This document shows positions 1 through 8,765 of a DNA stretch of 64,000 bases, one piece after another. The DNA is taken from assembly GCA_041497195.1 (NCBI GenBank), contig JBGQGB010000005.1:9243-73242 (forward strand), read 5' to 3'. The notes under the pieces were generated by a model, which was not told the DNA's origin, did no database searches, and saw nothing but the letters and a program-made list of their open reading frames with translations. The stretch's first letter is position 1. Each line of letters starts with the position of its first letter. The position numbers and the translations under genes were made by a program. This DNA is from Candidatus Doudnabacteria bacterium (GTDB lineage: Bacteria > Patescibacteriota > Doudnabacteria > UBA920 > 2-01-FULL-46-14).

Positions 1-78
1 ACGCGCGGCCTGGTCATGGAAATTCTTTGCTGTCCTTTCGATGGGATATAAAATCTTGCGATCAGGACTCACGCTCAT
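1..78 (-). CDS. 5' part of an unknown protein running off the window (MSVSPDRKILYPIERTAKNFHDQAAR...)
   Basis: ATG at 78 preceded by AAGGAGG; frame open to the window edge. Confidence 0.45.
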   Translation of the reverse strand, partial: MSVSPDRKILYPIERTAKNFHDQAAR

Positions 79-131
79 TAGGCTATCCCTCCTTCAAATA
101 TCCAATTTTATCAGTATTGCAAAAAAAACAC

Positions 132-166
132 AACAAAGGGGTCTGCCTCTGGCAGACCCCTTTGTT
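132..166 (-). terminator. Intrinsic terminator hairpin downstream of the FMN reductase
   Basis: Perfect 16-bp inverted repeat aacaaaggggtctgcc/ggcagacccctttgtt next to an A-run on + (U-tract on -). Confidence 0.8.
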
Positions 167-191
167 AGAAAACCAAAAAAAAATAACCTAC

Positions 192-776
192 CTAGCCTTT
201 CGCCCGAGCAGTGCGGAGTGCTTCCGCCCACCACAACAGACTGGTAAACAGATTTTGCAGAGATTGTGCGGCCATGGGATTTTGCGGTTGCCCGGCTTCG
301 TCAAAAGCTTCCCGGATACGCGGGATGAGCACAGCCTGCTCGACCGGGGCCATCTGCAGTTCAATGGCGACCAAGCGCAACTGCTCGACAGCGCGCACGC
401 CGGCGCCAGGCCCACCGTAGCTTATAAAAGCGACGGCTTTTTTGTTCCATTCTTTGTACACCGCATCCAAAGCGCTTTTGAGCACTGCCGGATATCCGTG
501 ATTATACTCCGGCGTGATGATGATGAATCCGTCGCCATCGGCGATTTTTTTACCCCAGGCTCGGACCAGTTCATTTGGGTATTGCCCATCCGTGACCCGG
601 CTCGGAGACGTCGGCTCGTCATAGTAAGGCAGCTGCCAATCCCGCAGATCCAGCAGTTCCAGGTCGGCTCGATCGTCTTTTTGCAGACTGGCCATCACCC
701 AAGCTGCCACCTTTTCGCCCGCGCGGTTTTGCCGGGTGCTGCCGAGGATGATTTTGATTTTTGGTTTAGTTGACAT
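192..776 (-). CDS. NADPH-dependent FMN reductase
   Basis: IILGSTRQNR, ADGFIIITPEYNHGYPAVLKSALD and SYGGPGAG motifs; start placed at MSTKPK (track extends to 809). Confidence 0.9.
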   Translation of the reverse strand: MSTKPKIKIILGSTRQNRAGEKVAAWVMASLQKDDRADLELLDLRDWQLPYYDEPTSPSRVTDGQYPNELVRAWGKKIADGDGFIIITPEYNHGYPAVLKSALDAVYKEWNKKAVAFISYGGPGAGVRAVEQLRLVAIELQMAPVEQAVLIPRIREAFDEAGQPQNPMAAQSLQNLFTSLLWWAEALRTARAKG

Positions 777-810
777 AAAAAATGTACTAGCCTTTCCTGA
801 TTTATCCAAA

Positions 811-1092
811 TTAGCTTTCTGCCCGATCCGATATCACAATCGGCCTGCCGTGAATCAAAGCTTCGGAAACTTTCTTGTAAGCCGAGGTGAGGATCCGCTG
901 AAACGTGCTCTGCGAAATCGCCATTTCCGCGGCGGCCGCGGTCTGGTCCAAGCCCTTGATGTTCTTGAGGCGCAGGGCTTCTGCTTCCTCACGCGAAATT
1001 TCCACAGTTTCCGCCCCCTGCCGCCCAGCGGGGCGGAAAGTCCGGACTCTGGGACAATAGCTGATGCGACAATGACAACGCGGTCTAGTCAT
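811..1092 (-). CDS. DUF134 family HTH protein
   Basis: MTRPRCHCRI...EEAEALRLKNIKGLDQTAAAAEMAISQSTFQRILTSAYKKV signature. Confidence 0.88.
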   Translation of the reverse strand: MTRPRCHCRISYCPRVRTFRPAGRQGAETVEISREEAEALRLKNIKGLDQTAAAAEMAISQSTFQRILTSAYKKVSEALIHGRPIVISDRAES

Positions 1093-1202
1093 AAAACTTG
1101 CGATAGACGAGTGAACTTGGTACGCTTCCTCTCAGAGAAAAGCCTTCCGGAGTCCCTTTCCCCAAAATAGAGAAAGGGACCCCATTCCAAAAGGCTTTTC
1201 TT

Positions 1203-1379
1203 CTATTTTTTGTCTGCCTGCTTGGACTGAAGCTCTTCTTTGAAATGACGAATGGTCGCCAGTTTGGCTTCCATTATCTTTTCCCGCTCTTCCAAGAAAG
1301 CGATTTGGTCTTTGTGAGACCACTCACCCAGCGAGTCATACCCGCCGCATCCCCCGCCACACATTCCTTGTCCGTGCAT
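1203..1379 (-). CDS. Small Gly/Cys-rich plus coiled-coil protein (DUF5320-like), 58 aa, absent from ORF track
   Basis: Manual translation MHGQGMCGGGCGGYDSLGEWSHKDQIAFLEEREKIMEAKLATIRHFKEELQSKQADKK*; upstream of DUF134. Confidence 0.65.
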   Translation of the reverse strand: MHGQGMCGGGCGGYDSLGEWSHKDQIAFLEEREKIMEAKLATIRHFKEELQSKQADKK

Positions 1380-1579
1380 ATTTTTGTAATTTTTCTTGGT
1401 TAATTTTCCGGCGACGACCTTTAAAATATCGCCTTTGTCTTATGAATATATACCCAAAACGAAATATTGTCAAGCCGCGACCGGAGCTGGAAAAACTCTA
1501 ATATGGCAAAATAAATACCGGGCAGGACGCAAACGCATCCAGCCCGGTCGATTGAGTAGCCTAGCCACGCAATCTTCGT

Positions 1580-2410
1580 TTAATCCAAAAGTTGTTCGAC
1601 CTTCCGGCGCAGATCAGCGAGTGAACGACCACGAAGGTGTTTGGGGTTCACCTCCGACGTGATGGGGATCTCCCAGCGCTGCGGCCCGACGATGTCGTGC
1701 AGAAACCGCCGCAATGGTAGCACGCCCTCTTCGGGAAACACATTCCGCCCCTGCAGGTGACCCCAGCTCGGAACAGTGTCTGCCAGATGAATTTCATCCA
1801 CGCGATGACCAAATTCTTGCCAGAAATCAGCATATTGGCCCAGCACCACGTTCCGGTCTGTGGGAATGTTTTCAACCCCATAGGTCTCGAGGGAATACTC
1901 GAGAAAATGCTGGGTGTCAAACACCACGCCCAATTGCTCGTGAGTGCGCAGGATGTGGAGAAAATCCTGATAGGAAAATTCGTATTTCTCCTTCCTGGTT
2001 TGCGGGGTTGGCGCTGCAATGGTCTGGAGTTGAAAGTTCGGATACCTCAGCGCACGTGCCCAGTAATTAGCGTAAATTACGACCGGTTCAACCACCCCCT
2101 TGGGAATCTGTGCTGAAAGCGGCGTGTTCGCTCGAGGTAACTGCCGCGCCCAATCCAAAGGGTGGCTGAACCACATGCTGGGATCATGCCGCAGTTCCCA
2201 GCACTGGTGCCAGCGGACATCAAGTCCGAGGTTGTCGGCTTGGATGAAGAAGCAACTAAAATTCTTGGCCACGTTGGGAGTCAGCAAAATCTCGACTCCG
2301 CCAAATCCAGCCTCTTTAATCGCTCGAAGTCGCCCCAACACAGAAAGACCCAGATGGCAGCCAAACCCAAAAAACCAGTACGGCAAGAACAACCGTGCCT
2401 TCGTCTTCAT
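1580..2410 (-). CDS. Hypothetical TIM-barrel protein, xylose-isomerase/AP-endonuclease-2-like
   Basis: GFGGVEIL, VVFDTQH, DEIHLAD and ITSEV motifs; GGAGG before MKTKAR. Confidence 0.6.
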   Translation of the reverse strand: MKTKARLFLPYWFFGFGCHLGLSVLGRLRAIKEAGFGGVEILLTPNVAKNFSCFFIQADNLGLDVRWHQCWELRHDPSMWFSHPLDWARQLPRANTPLSAQIPKGVVEPVVIYANYWARALRYPNFQLQTIAAPTPQTRKEKYEFSYQDFLHILRTHEQLGVVFDTQHFLEYSLETYGVENIPTDRNVVLGQYADFWQEFGHRVDEIHLADTVPSWGHLQGRNVFPEEGVLPLRRFLHDIVGPQRWEIPITSEVNPKHLRGRSLADLRRKVEQLLD

Positions 2411-2585
2411 CAGAATCCTCCATTCGATCTCTGAAAACATTAGATAATAGCACAAAACCGGCCCCGGGTCAATAGTGTGAGTCCCCTGAGGAAGATATGG
2501 TAGTCGTCTGGAAAACAAAAAACCGCCTTTTGGCGGCTGGAAAATTTGCAAGATGAGGTCTTTCCTCTGCGAATGCGAGCTCGTG

Positions 2586-3311
2586 CTACACAATGCGGGT
2601 TACGAAAAAAATCAATACGATGCCCGCAATCGTCAATAAAATCAAGCTGTAAGAACTCTGCCTGCTGTGCGCCTCAGGCAACAGATCGCTGGCTCCAATA
2701 TAGAGCAGAAATCCGGCAAAAAACCCCAGATACAAAACCAGAAAGTTCACCGGGATCGCAAACAAAAAAGTGGCAAGAACTCCGATGATCGGGGCAATCG
2801 CGTCAATCAGCAAAAGCCGCAGGGCTTTGCGGACCGTGTTTTTGTTCAAAAGCATCAGGCTGACAGTGTTCAGCCCGTCGGAAAAATCATGGGCAATCAC
2901 TGCCAAGGCAATCACCGCGCCGACGCTCGTACTGACCTGAAAACCCAAACCGATGCCGACTCCGTCCAAAAAACTGTGAAACGCCAGGCCGGAGGCGCCG
3001 ATGTAGCCGACCAGCGGGTGGCGATGTTCGGCATATTCCGCTTCGTGAGGACTGTGAATCACGGCCAGCTTTTCCAAAATGTGAATGGCCAAAAACCCGA
3101 CTACGATCGCAATCAAAGGCGGCGTCAGGTCCAGGTGATGTTCGGTTGTGGTGGAAAAAATTTCCGGAATAATGTCAAAAAATGTCACCCCCAGCAAAAC
3201 CCCCGCCGTAAAACTGATGATGAGGTGCAGTTTCCCCCGGTAACGGATGCCAAACAGGCCGCCGGAAAAAGTCGATAAAAAAGTGCCAAAGGCCAAAAGT
3301 AAGCTGATCAT
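2586..3311 (-). CDS. ZIP family metal transporter
   Basis: HSFLDGVGIG and IAHDFSDG motifs, His-rich loop, multiple TM. Confidence 0.9.
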   Translation of the reverse strand: MISLLLAFGTFLSTFSGGLFGIRYRGKLHLIISFTAGVLLGVTFFDIIPEIFSTTTEHHLDLTPPLIAIVVGFLAIHILEKLAVIHSPHEAEYAEHRHPLVGYIGASGLAFHSFLDGVGIGLGFQVSTSVGAVIALAVIAHDFSDGLNTVSLMLLNKNTVRKALRLLLIDAIAPIIGVLATFLFAIPVNFLVLYLGFFAGFLLYIGASDLLPEAHSRQSSYSLILLTIAGIVLIFFVTRIV

Positions 3312-3426
3312 AATATCTTCAATTAATCAATCCCGATTGCGGCTACATATCAACCAATATAACACTTATTCTCCAATTGAAAAACCTGGCGGGGATGGGG
3401 GCAGAAAAATCTGTTATACTTACGGC

Positions 3427-3960
3427 ATGAAAATCCCTACTAATCGTAGGTTCACACTTGCCCTGATGCTGGGCTTTTTATTTGCCACACCACTGCTCTC
3501 CCAGGCTCACGGTGGCGTTTCCCAAACTGTCGGCAATGTGGTGGTGCATCTCAACCAAACCCCGATTTCGCCGCTGCTGGGCGAGGAAGTCACCATGAAC
3601 TTTTCCATTCGGAACTTACAAAATAAACCCATACCCAATTTGCCGATTGAGCTCAACCTGACAGACACGTTCTACGGCGACGCCACCAAAGACAAACTCA
3701 TTCTGACCAAAAACTTCACGACTGATGTCAACGGCGATTTTGCCTTTACTTATAGCTATAATAAAGAAAACTATTTCGATATTGACCTGAATTTCCAAGA
3801 CCCGGACACCAAGCAAGATGAAGAAACCGGATTTCTGGTCCAGCCGCGGGACGCAGTCATCATCTCGACCAAACAAGCGATTTACCAAGACCTCGGGCTG
3901 CTGGCCATGGGGTTTCTCCTGGCCCTCATCGCCCAGGAATACTGGTGGCGGAAAAAATAA
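3427..3960 (+). CDS. Secreted/membrane-anchored protein with signal peptide and C-terminal TM
   Basis: Signal peptide ending SQA-HGG, beta-rich body, C-terminal hydrophobic helix then WWRKK. Confidence 0.65.
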   Translation: MKIPTNRRFTLALMLGFLFATPLLSQAHGGVSQTVGNVVVHLNQTPISPLLGEEVTMNFSIRNLQNKPIPNLPIELNLTDTFYGDATKDKLILTKNFTTDVNGDFAFTYSYNKENYFDIDLNFQDPDTKQDEETGFLVQPRDAVIISTKQAIYQDLGLLAMGFLLALIAQEYWWRKK

Positions 3961-4017
3961 AAAAACCCTGTCTGCCGACAGGCAAGCGCACCTGAGACGG
4001 TTAGACAAATTTTTATT

Positions 4018-4410
4018 TTAGCGGTTCAGAAAAAATCCACGCAGGGTTTTCACGCTATAATAAAGCGCCAACACAAAAATCACAGCCAGTAGCTGGTTGG
4101 CAGCAAAAAATTTACTCTCCGGAGAGTAGTGCACATACGCCTGGACTGCCCCGGCCTCGAACACAAAAAACCCAGCGACTGACACCACGACGTTGACGAT
4201 AGCGCTCCAATACAGGACCGGGTTGGTCAGGCCGGCCGCCAGAGCCAACACTGCAATGCTTAGGAGGGAAAAGGGTAAAGGCACAGTCAAATATTTTACA
4301 AACCACGGCAGGCCAATGAGCATCAGCAGAGCGGCTACCAAAAAACAGTCGCGGACAATATCTCCGTAATAATGCAAGGACTTTTGCTGACCAGCAGGAA
4401 TTTCTGACAT
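4018..4410 (-). CDS. Hypothetical 4-TM membrane protein
   Basis: 130-aa ORF with four hydrophobic segments. Confidence 0.7.
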   Translation of the reverse strand: MSEIPAGQQKSLHYYGDIVRDCFLVAALLMLIGLPWFVKYLTVPLPFSLLSIAVLALAAGLTNPVLYWSAIVNVVVSVAGFFVFEAGAVQAYVHYSPESKFFAANQLLAVIFVLALYYSVKTLRGFFLNR

Positions 4411-4533
4411 TTGAGATCGAGGACTTACTGACAGGCTTTTCTCTAGTATATACCTAGCTCACAAACTAAATCCAGTAGAATAGCATGGGTCTTATTCATT
4501 TACCAAAAGACTCATGGTTGCTAGACTTCCATC

Positions 4534-5379
4534 ATGCTTTCTTATCTTCAAGCAGTCATTTTGGGTCTCCTCCAGGGGCTCACTGAACTCTTCCCCATCT
4601 CCAGCCTGGGACACAGCGTACTGTTACCCGGCCTGTTGGGTTGGCACTTGTGGCAGACGGACAATTTTTTTCTAATCTTTCTGGTCGCCACGCATTTCGC
4701 CACAGCCCTGGTGCTGGTGGTGTTTTACCGGCAGGATTGGATACGAATTGTGCGCGGCATCTTGCGCTCCCTGAAGCGTCGGGAAATCGGTGACCCTGAC
4801 GCCAAACTAGGCTGGCTTCTGGTCACTGCGACAGTCCCAGCAGGCATTATGGGAGTGCTGTTTGAGGAACAAATCCGCAACTTTTTCCTTTCCGCCAAAT
4901 CTGCTGCTTTCTTTCTCGCTCTCAACGGCGTACTGCTGCTCCTAGCCGAAGTTTTGAGAAAACGCGCCAGTCTTGGCGCAGACTCTCGCGACGCGGACCA
5001 ACGTATTGCCAAATTGACCTGGGGGCAAGCCCTCAAAGTCGGGGCTATGCAGATTCTGGCGCTGTTGCCAGGCTTTTCCCGCACCGGCGCCACCATCGCC
5101 GGCAGCCTGATGGTCGGCCTGTCGCACGAAGACGCCCTGCGCTATTCGTTTCTCCTGGCGACCCCAATCATCGGCGCCGCCGCGGTCCTGAAGCTGCCGG
5201 AACTGAGCAGCTTGCCGGGTCCGGAAATAAAAACCGCTCTGGTGGGAGCGGTTTGCGCAGCCGTAGCTGCTTATTTTTCCGTACGGTTTTTGACGAAATA
5301 TTTCCAGACCAAAACTCTGCGACCTTTTGCCATCTATTGCCTGGCAGCGAGCTTGGTGGCCTGGGCTTTGTTGCGCTAG
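4534..5379 (+). CDS. uppP: Undecaprenyl-diphosphate phosphatase (BacA family)
   Basis: QGLTELFPISSLGH and PGFSRTGATI motifs. Confidence 0.95.
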   Translation: MLSYLQAVILGLLQGLTELFPISSLGHSVLLPGLLGWHLWQTDNFFLIFLVATHFATALVLVVFYRQDWIRIVRGILRSLKRREIGDPDAKLGWLLVTATVPAGIMGVLFEEQIRNFFLSAKSAAFFLALNGVLLLLAEVLRKRASLGADSRDADQRIAKLTWGQALKVGAMQILALLPGFSRTGATIAGSLMVGLSHEDALRYSFLLATPIIGAAAVLKLPELSSLPGPEIKTALVGAVCAAVAAYFSVRFLTKYFQTKTLRPFAIYCLAASLVAWALLR

Positions 5380-5600
5380 GCTGATTTTTTCCCGCTTCGA
5401 AACCACGCCAGCGCCAACGCGCCCAAACCCAAAATCAGCGAGGCTAACCCGTGCTTGAAATGGATTGTTGAGGAGCCTGAAAAATATCCCGGGAAATAAT
5501 GCGGCAGCGACCCCGCCGGGATGCGCCAGTAAATGATCGCGACAATTATCAAAACCACTCCGACAAGGCCTGCCAAAATTGAGATTGATTTGTTGTTCAT
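5376..5600 (-). CDS. Small 2-TM membrane protein
   Basis: MNNKSISILAGLVGVVLIIVAIIYW...HFKHGLASLILGLGALALAWF; overlaps the uppP stop. Confidence 0.65.
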   Translation of the reverse strand: MNNKSISILAGLVGVVLIIVAIIYWRIPAGSLPHYFPGYFSGSSTIHFKHGLASLILGLGALALAWFRSGKKSA

Positions 5601-5820
5601 AAGCTTGACTGTAGATGATTTTTTCGGCAATGTCCAACTGCGGCAATTAAAAAAATCAATGCGGATCCTGCTATGGATTTTTGATTTTGTGATTTGGTTC
5701 TGATGATTGACCTTTGCTCGGAAAAAAGCTAAAATGTAATGGCTAGGTCTTGTTACAAGACAATCGTCATGGCAAAGCGACGGTCGAGGCACCTTACCTA
5801 ATAAAGAAAGGAACACTACT

Positions 5821-5922
5821 ATGGCTGGAACCCAGAATCAACCGACAGATAGTTCGGTAGAACCGAAGAAAGAAGAAACGAAAGCCCCAGTACAACCGGT
5901 GCCAGAACAAACAAGTAAGTAA
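5821..5922 (+). CDS. Putative 33-aa small protein MAGTQNQPTDSSVEPKKEETKAPVQPVPEQTSK
   Basis: Promoter TTGACC-17-TAAAAT at 5707-5735, AAAGGA RBS, terminator hairpin at about 5934-5966. Confidence 0.45.
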   Translation: MAGTQNQPTDSSVEPKKEETKAPVQPVPEQTSK

Positions 5923-5989
5923 AATCTTTCCACAAAAAAACGCCTCTTGAAAAGGGCGTTTTTTCTTTGGAAAAATCAAAAAATCAGAT

Positions 5990-7234
5990 TTACCAGCGGC
6001 GCCTGGTGGCGTAACGGGAGCGCCGCGGGAAAAAACTCGCCCGTCCGCGGGAACTGCGCCGGCCAGCTGAAGCATAACTGCGGGACGATTCCAGCTGGGC
6101 GTCGAAAAAACCCGGGACTTTGGTCTTGGGCAAAGTCGCGCGCAAGAGCCTTTCAATCGCGAACACATCGTCTCTTTGATCCGGGGTGGCAAAAGAAATC
6201 GCCCGCCCAACGTGACCGGCGCGGCCGGTCCGACCGATCCGGTGGATATAATCATTGGCACTTTGCGGCAGATCAAAATTCACTACCAGCTCAATCCCTT
6301 TCACGTCAATTCCGCGGGCGGCAATGTCAGTGGCGATGAGGATTCGATACTTTCCTGACTTGAAACCATCCAGGGCCTCGCGTCTTTGGGCCAAAGACCG
6401 GTTGGAATGAATCTCTGCCACCCGGTGACCCATTTCCCTGACGTCACGGGTGATCCGCTTGGCCCCGAATTTGGTCCGGGAAAATACCAGGACCGAACCG
6501 TGATAATCCCCTAACAATTTTTCCAAGAGGCGGACTTTTTCGTCCTTGCGGACCACGATCAGTTCCTGCTCGACTTTTTCCGGCACAGTGCCAGACGGGG
6601 CCATCTCCACGCGCACCGGCAGCTGCATATGCCTGGCCGCCAGCTCCACGATCTCGCGGGGTATGGTTGCGGAAAAAAGCATGGTTTGGCGGTCGCGCGG
6701 CAGGAGCGCCAGGATTTCGTTGATTTGGGGGGCAAAACCGATATCGAGCATGCGGTCCGCTTCGTCCAAAACCAAAATCTTCACATTCTTCAGAGTCAGG
6801 AAGCGCTGGTGCAAAATGTCGATGAGCCGACCCGGCGTAGAAATGATGATATGCGGATTGGCGCGCAGGGTTTGTCTTTGCGCTCCAATCGAAGCGCCAC
6901 CAATCAAAAGCGCTGTCCGCAGACCGATTGTGCGGCCGAGTTTTTGAAAAGTTTCGTTGACCTGTATGGCCAGCTCCCGAGTCGGCAATAGCACCAGGCC
7001 CATGCCTTTCTTTTGCGCCAACCGCTGAATCATGGGAATGCCAAAAGCCAAAGTTTTTCCAGTGCCGGTCTGGGCGATGCCGATGATGTCTTTGCCCTCG
7101 ATCGCCACTGGGATGGATTTGTGCTGGATCGGGGTGGGTACGGTGAATTTGAGGGTATCCAAAATCTGCAACAGCCGCGGGGCGATGCTGAGGCCGTCAA
7201 AGGTCGCAGATCCTTCTGAAAAAGTTTTTATCAT
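5990..7234 (-). CDS. DEAD-box RNA helicase (RhlE-like)
   Basis: Q motif, AQTGTGKT, PTRELA, DEAD, SAT and HRIGRTGR; Arg-rich tail. Confidence 0.95.
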   Translation of the reverse strand: MIKTFSEGSATFDGLSIAPRLLQILDTLKFTVPTPIQHKSIPVAIEGKDIIGIAQTGTGKTLAFGIPMIQRLAQKKGMGLVLLPTRELAIQVNETFQKLGRTIGLRTALLIGGASIGAQRQTLRANPHIIISTPGRLIDILHQRFLTLKNVKILVLDEADRMLDIGFAPQINEILALLPRDRQTMLFSATIPREIVELAARHMQLPVRVEMAPSGTVPEKVEQELIVVRKDEKVRLLEKLLGDYHGSVLVFSRTKFGAKRITRDVREMGHRVAEIHSNRSLAQRREALDGFKSGKYRILIATDIAARGIDVKGIELVVNFDLPQSANDYIHRIGRTGRAGHVGRAISFATPDQRDDVFAIERLLRATLPKTKVPGFFDAQLESSRSYASAGRRSSRGRASFFPRRSRYATRRRW

Positions 7235-7257
7235 AAGAAATAAATTGTAGCACTTTT

Positions 7258-7284
7258 TTAGCACTCTGTCAACCTAAGTGCTAA
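7258..7284. promoter_or_regulatory. CIRCE-like (HrcA) operator overlapping the helicase promoter
   Basis: TTAGCACTC-N9-AAGTGCTAA, one mismatch to TTAGCACTC-N9-GAGTGCTAA; spacer holds the minus-strand TTGACA. Confidence 0.7.
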
Positions 7285-7350
7285 AAAACCGCGGCTGAGC
7301 GGTTTCTCTTGCCACCAATCTTTAGGTTAACAAGCAAAATGAGCTTTGAC

Positions 7351-7503
7351 CTATTGATTTTGCTCGCGCAACTTGCGGACAATAAATTCCGCGTACCAAC
7401 TCGGCCAGTCCGCGTCGCGCTGCCCGAGCTGTTTTTCATATTCAGCGTGCGCCTGCTCAGCTGCCCGCAGCAACTGAGTCAATTGTTCTGTCGTCAGGTC
7501 CAT
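7351..7503 (-). CDS. Small protein, 50 aa, absent from ORF track
   Basis: MDLTTEQLTQLLRAAEQAHAEYEKQLGQRDADWPSWYAEFIVRKLREQNQ*; starts 12 nt after the flavoprotein stop. Confidence 0.65.
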   Translation of the reverse strand: MDLTTEQLTQLLRAAEQAHAEYEKQLGQRDADWPSWYAEFIVRKLREQNQ

Positions 7504-7514
7504 AAATTTTTACG

Positions 7515-8183
7515 CTATTCCCCTTTTGGAACCAGGGGGTTCTGTTTCAAAAGGTGAGCGTAATAGACCAGGTTTCTGGCCAAATTTTTGGCCATGTGCT
7601 GGGTGGCGTCATTGGCCAGACGCCGCTGCCGGTCTGTGCTGACGGGTTGGCCGACTTCCCCAACCCAATAAGCGGCACATTCCGGCGGCAGGGTAAACCC
7701 GAACCAGGTCAAAACCATCATGATCGTGCCCATAGTGCTCAAGGCTCCGTCCTCGCTGCCGGTGATGACGATACCGGCAACTTTGTTGTACAAAGCACTT
7801 CGTCCGTTGGCGACATACTCCTCATCCAGCGCATCCATTCGTTCGATCATTCGCTGCATCAGGCTGGAGCGACCGCCCCACCAAACCGGTGTGGCAAAAA
7901 TGATGATGTCAGCGGTCTTAATTTTTTTGACAATATCCGGCCAGTCGTCGTCCTCACTCTCGCGAAATCCGAGGCCGACGGGAATCTTTTTGTCTGACAA
8001 GCGCACGATTTCCGAGATGACCTTGTGCTTGTTCATATTCTCGAGCACCAGTTCGGAGAGTTCCTGAGTATTGGAAATGTCCTGGCCCTCGTGCTTCAAA
8101 GACGCATTCAAAACTAAAACCTTCAGCTCCTGCTGCCCGCCTGCGGGCATATCGCAGTCCTCGCACGGTTTGGTCCTGTACAT
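7515..8183 (-). CDS. Flavodoxin-fold NAD(P)H-dependent oxidoreductase
   Basis: LNASLK, ADIIIFATPVWWG and KVAGIVITGSEDG motifs. Confidence 0.85.
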   Translation of the reverse strand: MYRTKPCEDCDMPAGGQQELKVLVLNASLKHEGQDISNTQELSELVLENMNKHKVISEIVRLSDKKIPVGLGFRESEDDDWPDIVKKIKTADIIIFATPVWWGGRSSLMQRMIERMDALDEEYVANGRSALYNKVAGIVITGSEDGALSTMGTIMMVLTWFGFTLPPECAAYWVGEVGQPVSTDRQRRLANDATQHMAKNLARNLVYYAHLLKQNPLVPKGE

Positions 8184-8196
8184 AGAGTTTGCTTGG

Positions 8197-8556
8197 TTAA
8201 TTCTTATAATTTAAAAAAACTAAACTCACGATTTTCACCAGATTGATCACCAGCAATCCGGTCAAAAGCCAATAGTCGAGCCGGTGTGTAAACAGCTGGA
8301 CCAAAACACCGACTGACAACACGATGGTGCCCGCCACCAAGGCGCTGCGGTTGGCCAGATAGCGGTGCTGCATTTCCCGTTCATCCACGCTCTTGCCCTC
8401 GCCGACAAACGACATGGCCACCACGTAAAGAGCGAGCAGGACTGAGACTGAGAGCATTTGCCCCATGCTCATGGCCACCTGACTGCGCTGAATCAAAAAG
8501 CCAGACAAGAGGGCAATGAAAACCAGAAGCAATAAATAATAGGTGATGACCTTCAT
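8197..8556 (-). CDS. Membrane protein (DUF2178-like) paired with the XRE regulator
   Basis: Four TM segments with a DERE motif. Confidence 0.7.
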   Translation of the reverse strand: MKVITYYLLLLVFIALLSGFLIQRSQVAMSMGQMLSVSVLLALYVVAMSFVGEGKSVDEREMQHRYLANRSALVAGTIVLSVGVLVQLFTHRLDYWLLTGLLVINLVKIVSLVFLNYKN

Positions 8557-8560
8557 ATGA

Positions 8561-8758
8561 TTATTTTAAGTGAAACAGCTCTTCCACGCCAACCCGAAAA
8601 AACCGAGCCAGTTGCATACCGAGCATCAGCGACGGCGTATAATTGCCTTTTTCAATGGCCACAATCGTCTGCCGCGACACCCCGACCGCGTCGGCGAGCT
8701 GCTCTTGGGTCACCTCCCGATCTGTGCGTAATTTTTTGATTTCATTGGAAATAGACAT
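8561..8758 (-). CDS. XRE-family HTH transcriptional regulator
   Basis: TQEQLADAVGVSRQTIVAIEKGNYTPSL. Confidence 0.92.
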   Translation of the reverse strand: MSISNEIKKLRTDREVTQEQLADAVGVSRQTIVAIEKGNYTPSLMLGMQLARFFRVGVEELFHLK

Positions 8759-8765
8759 AGCTCGC

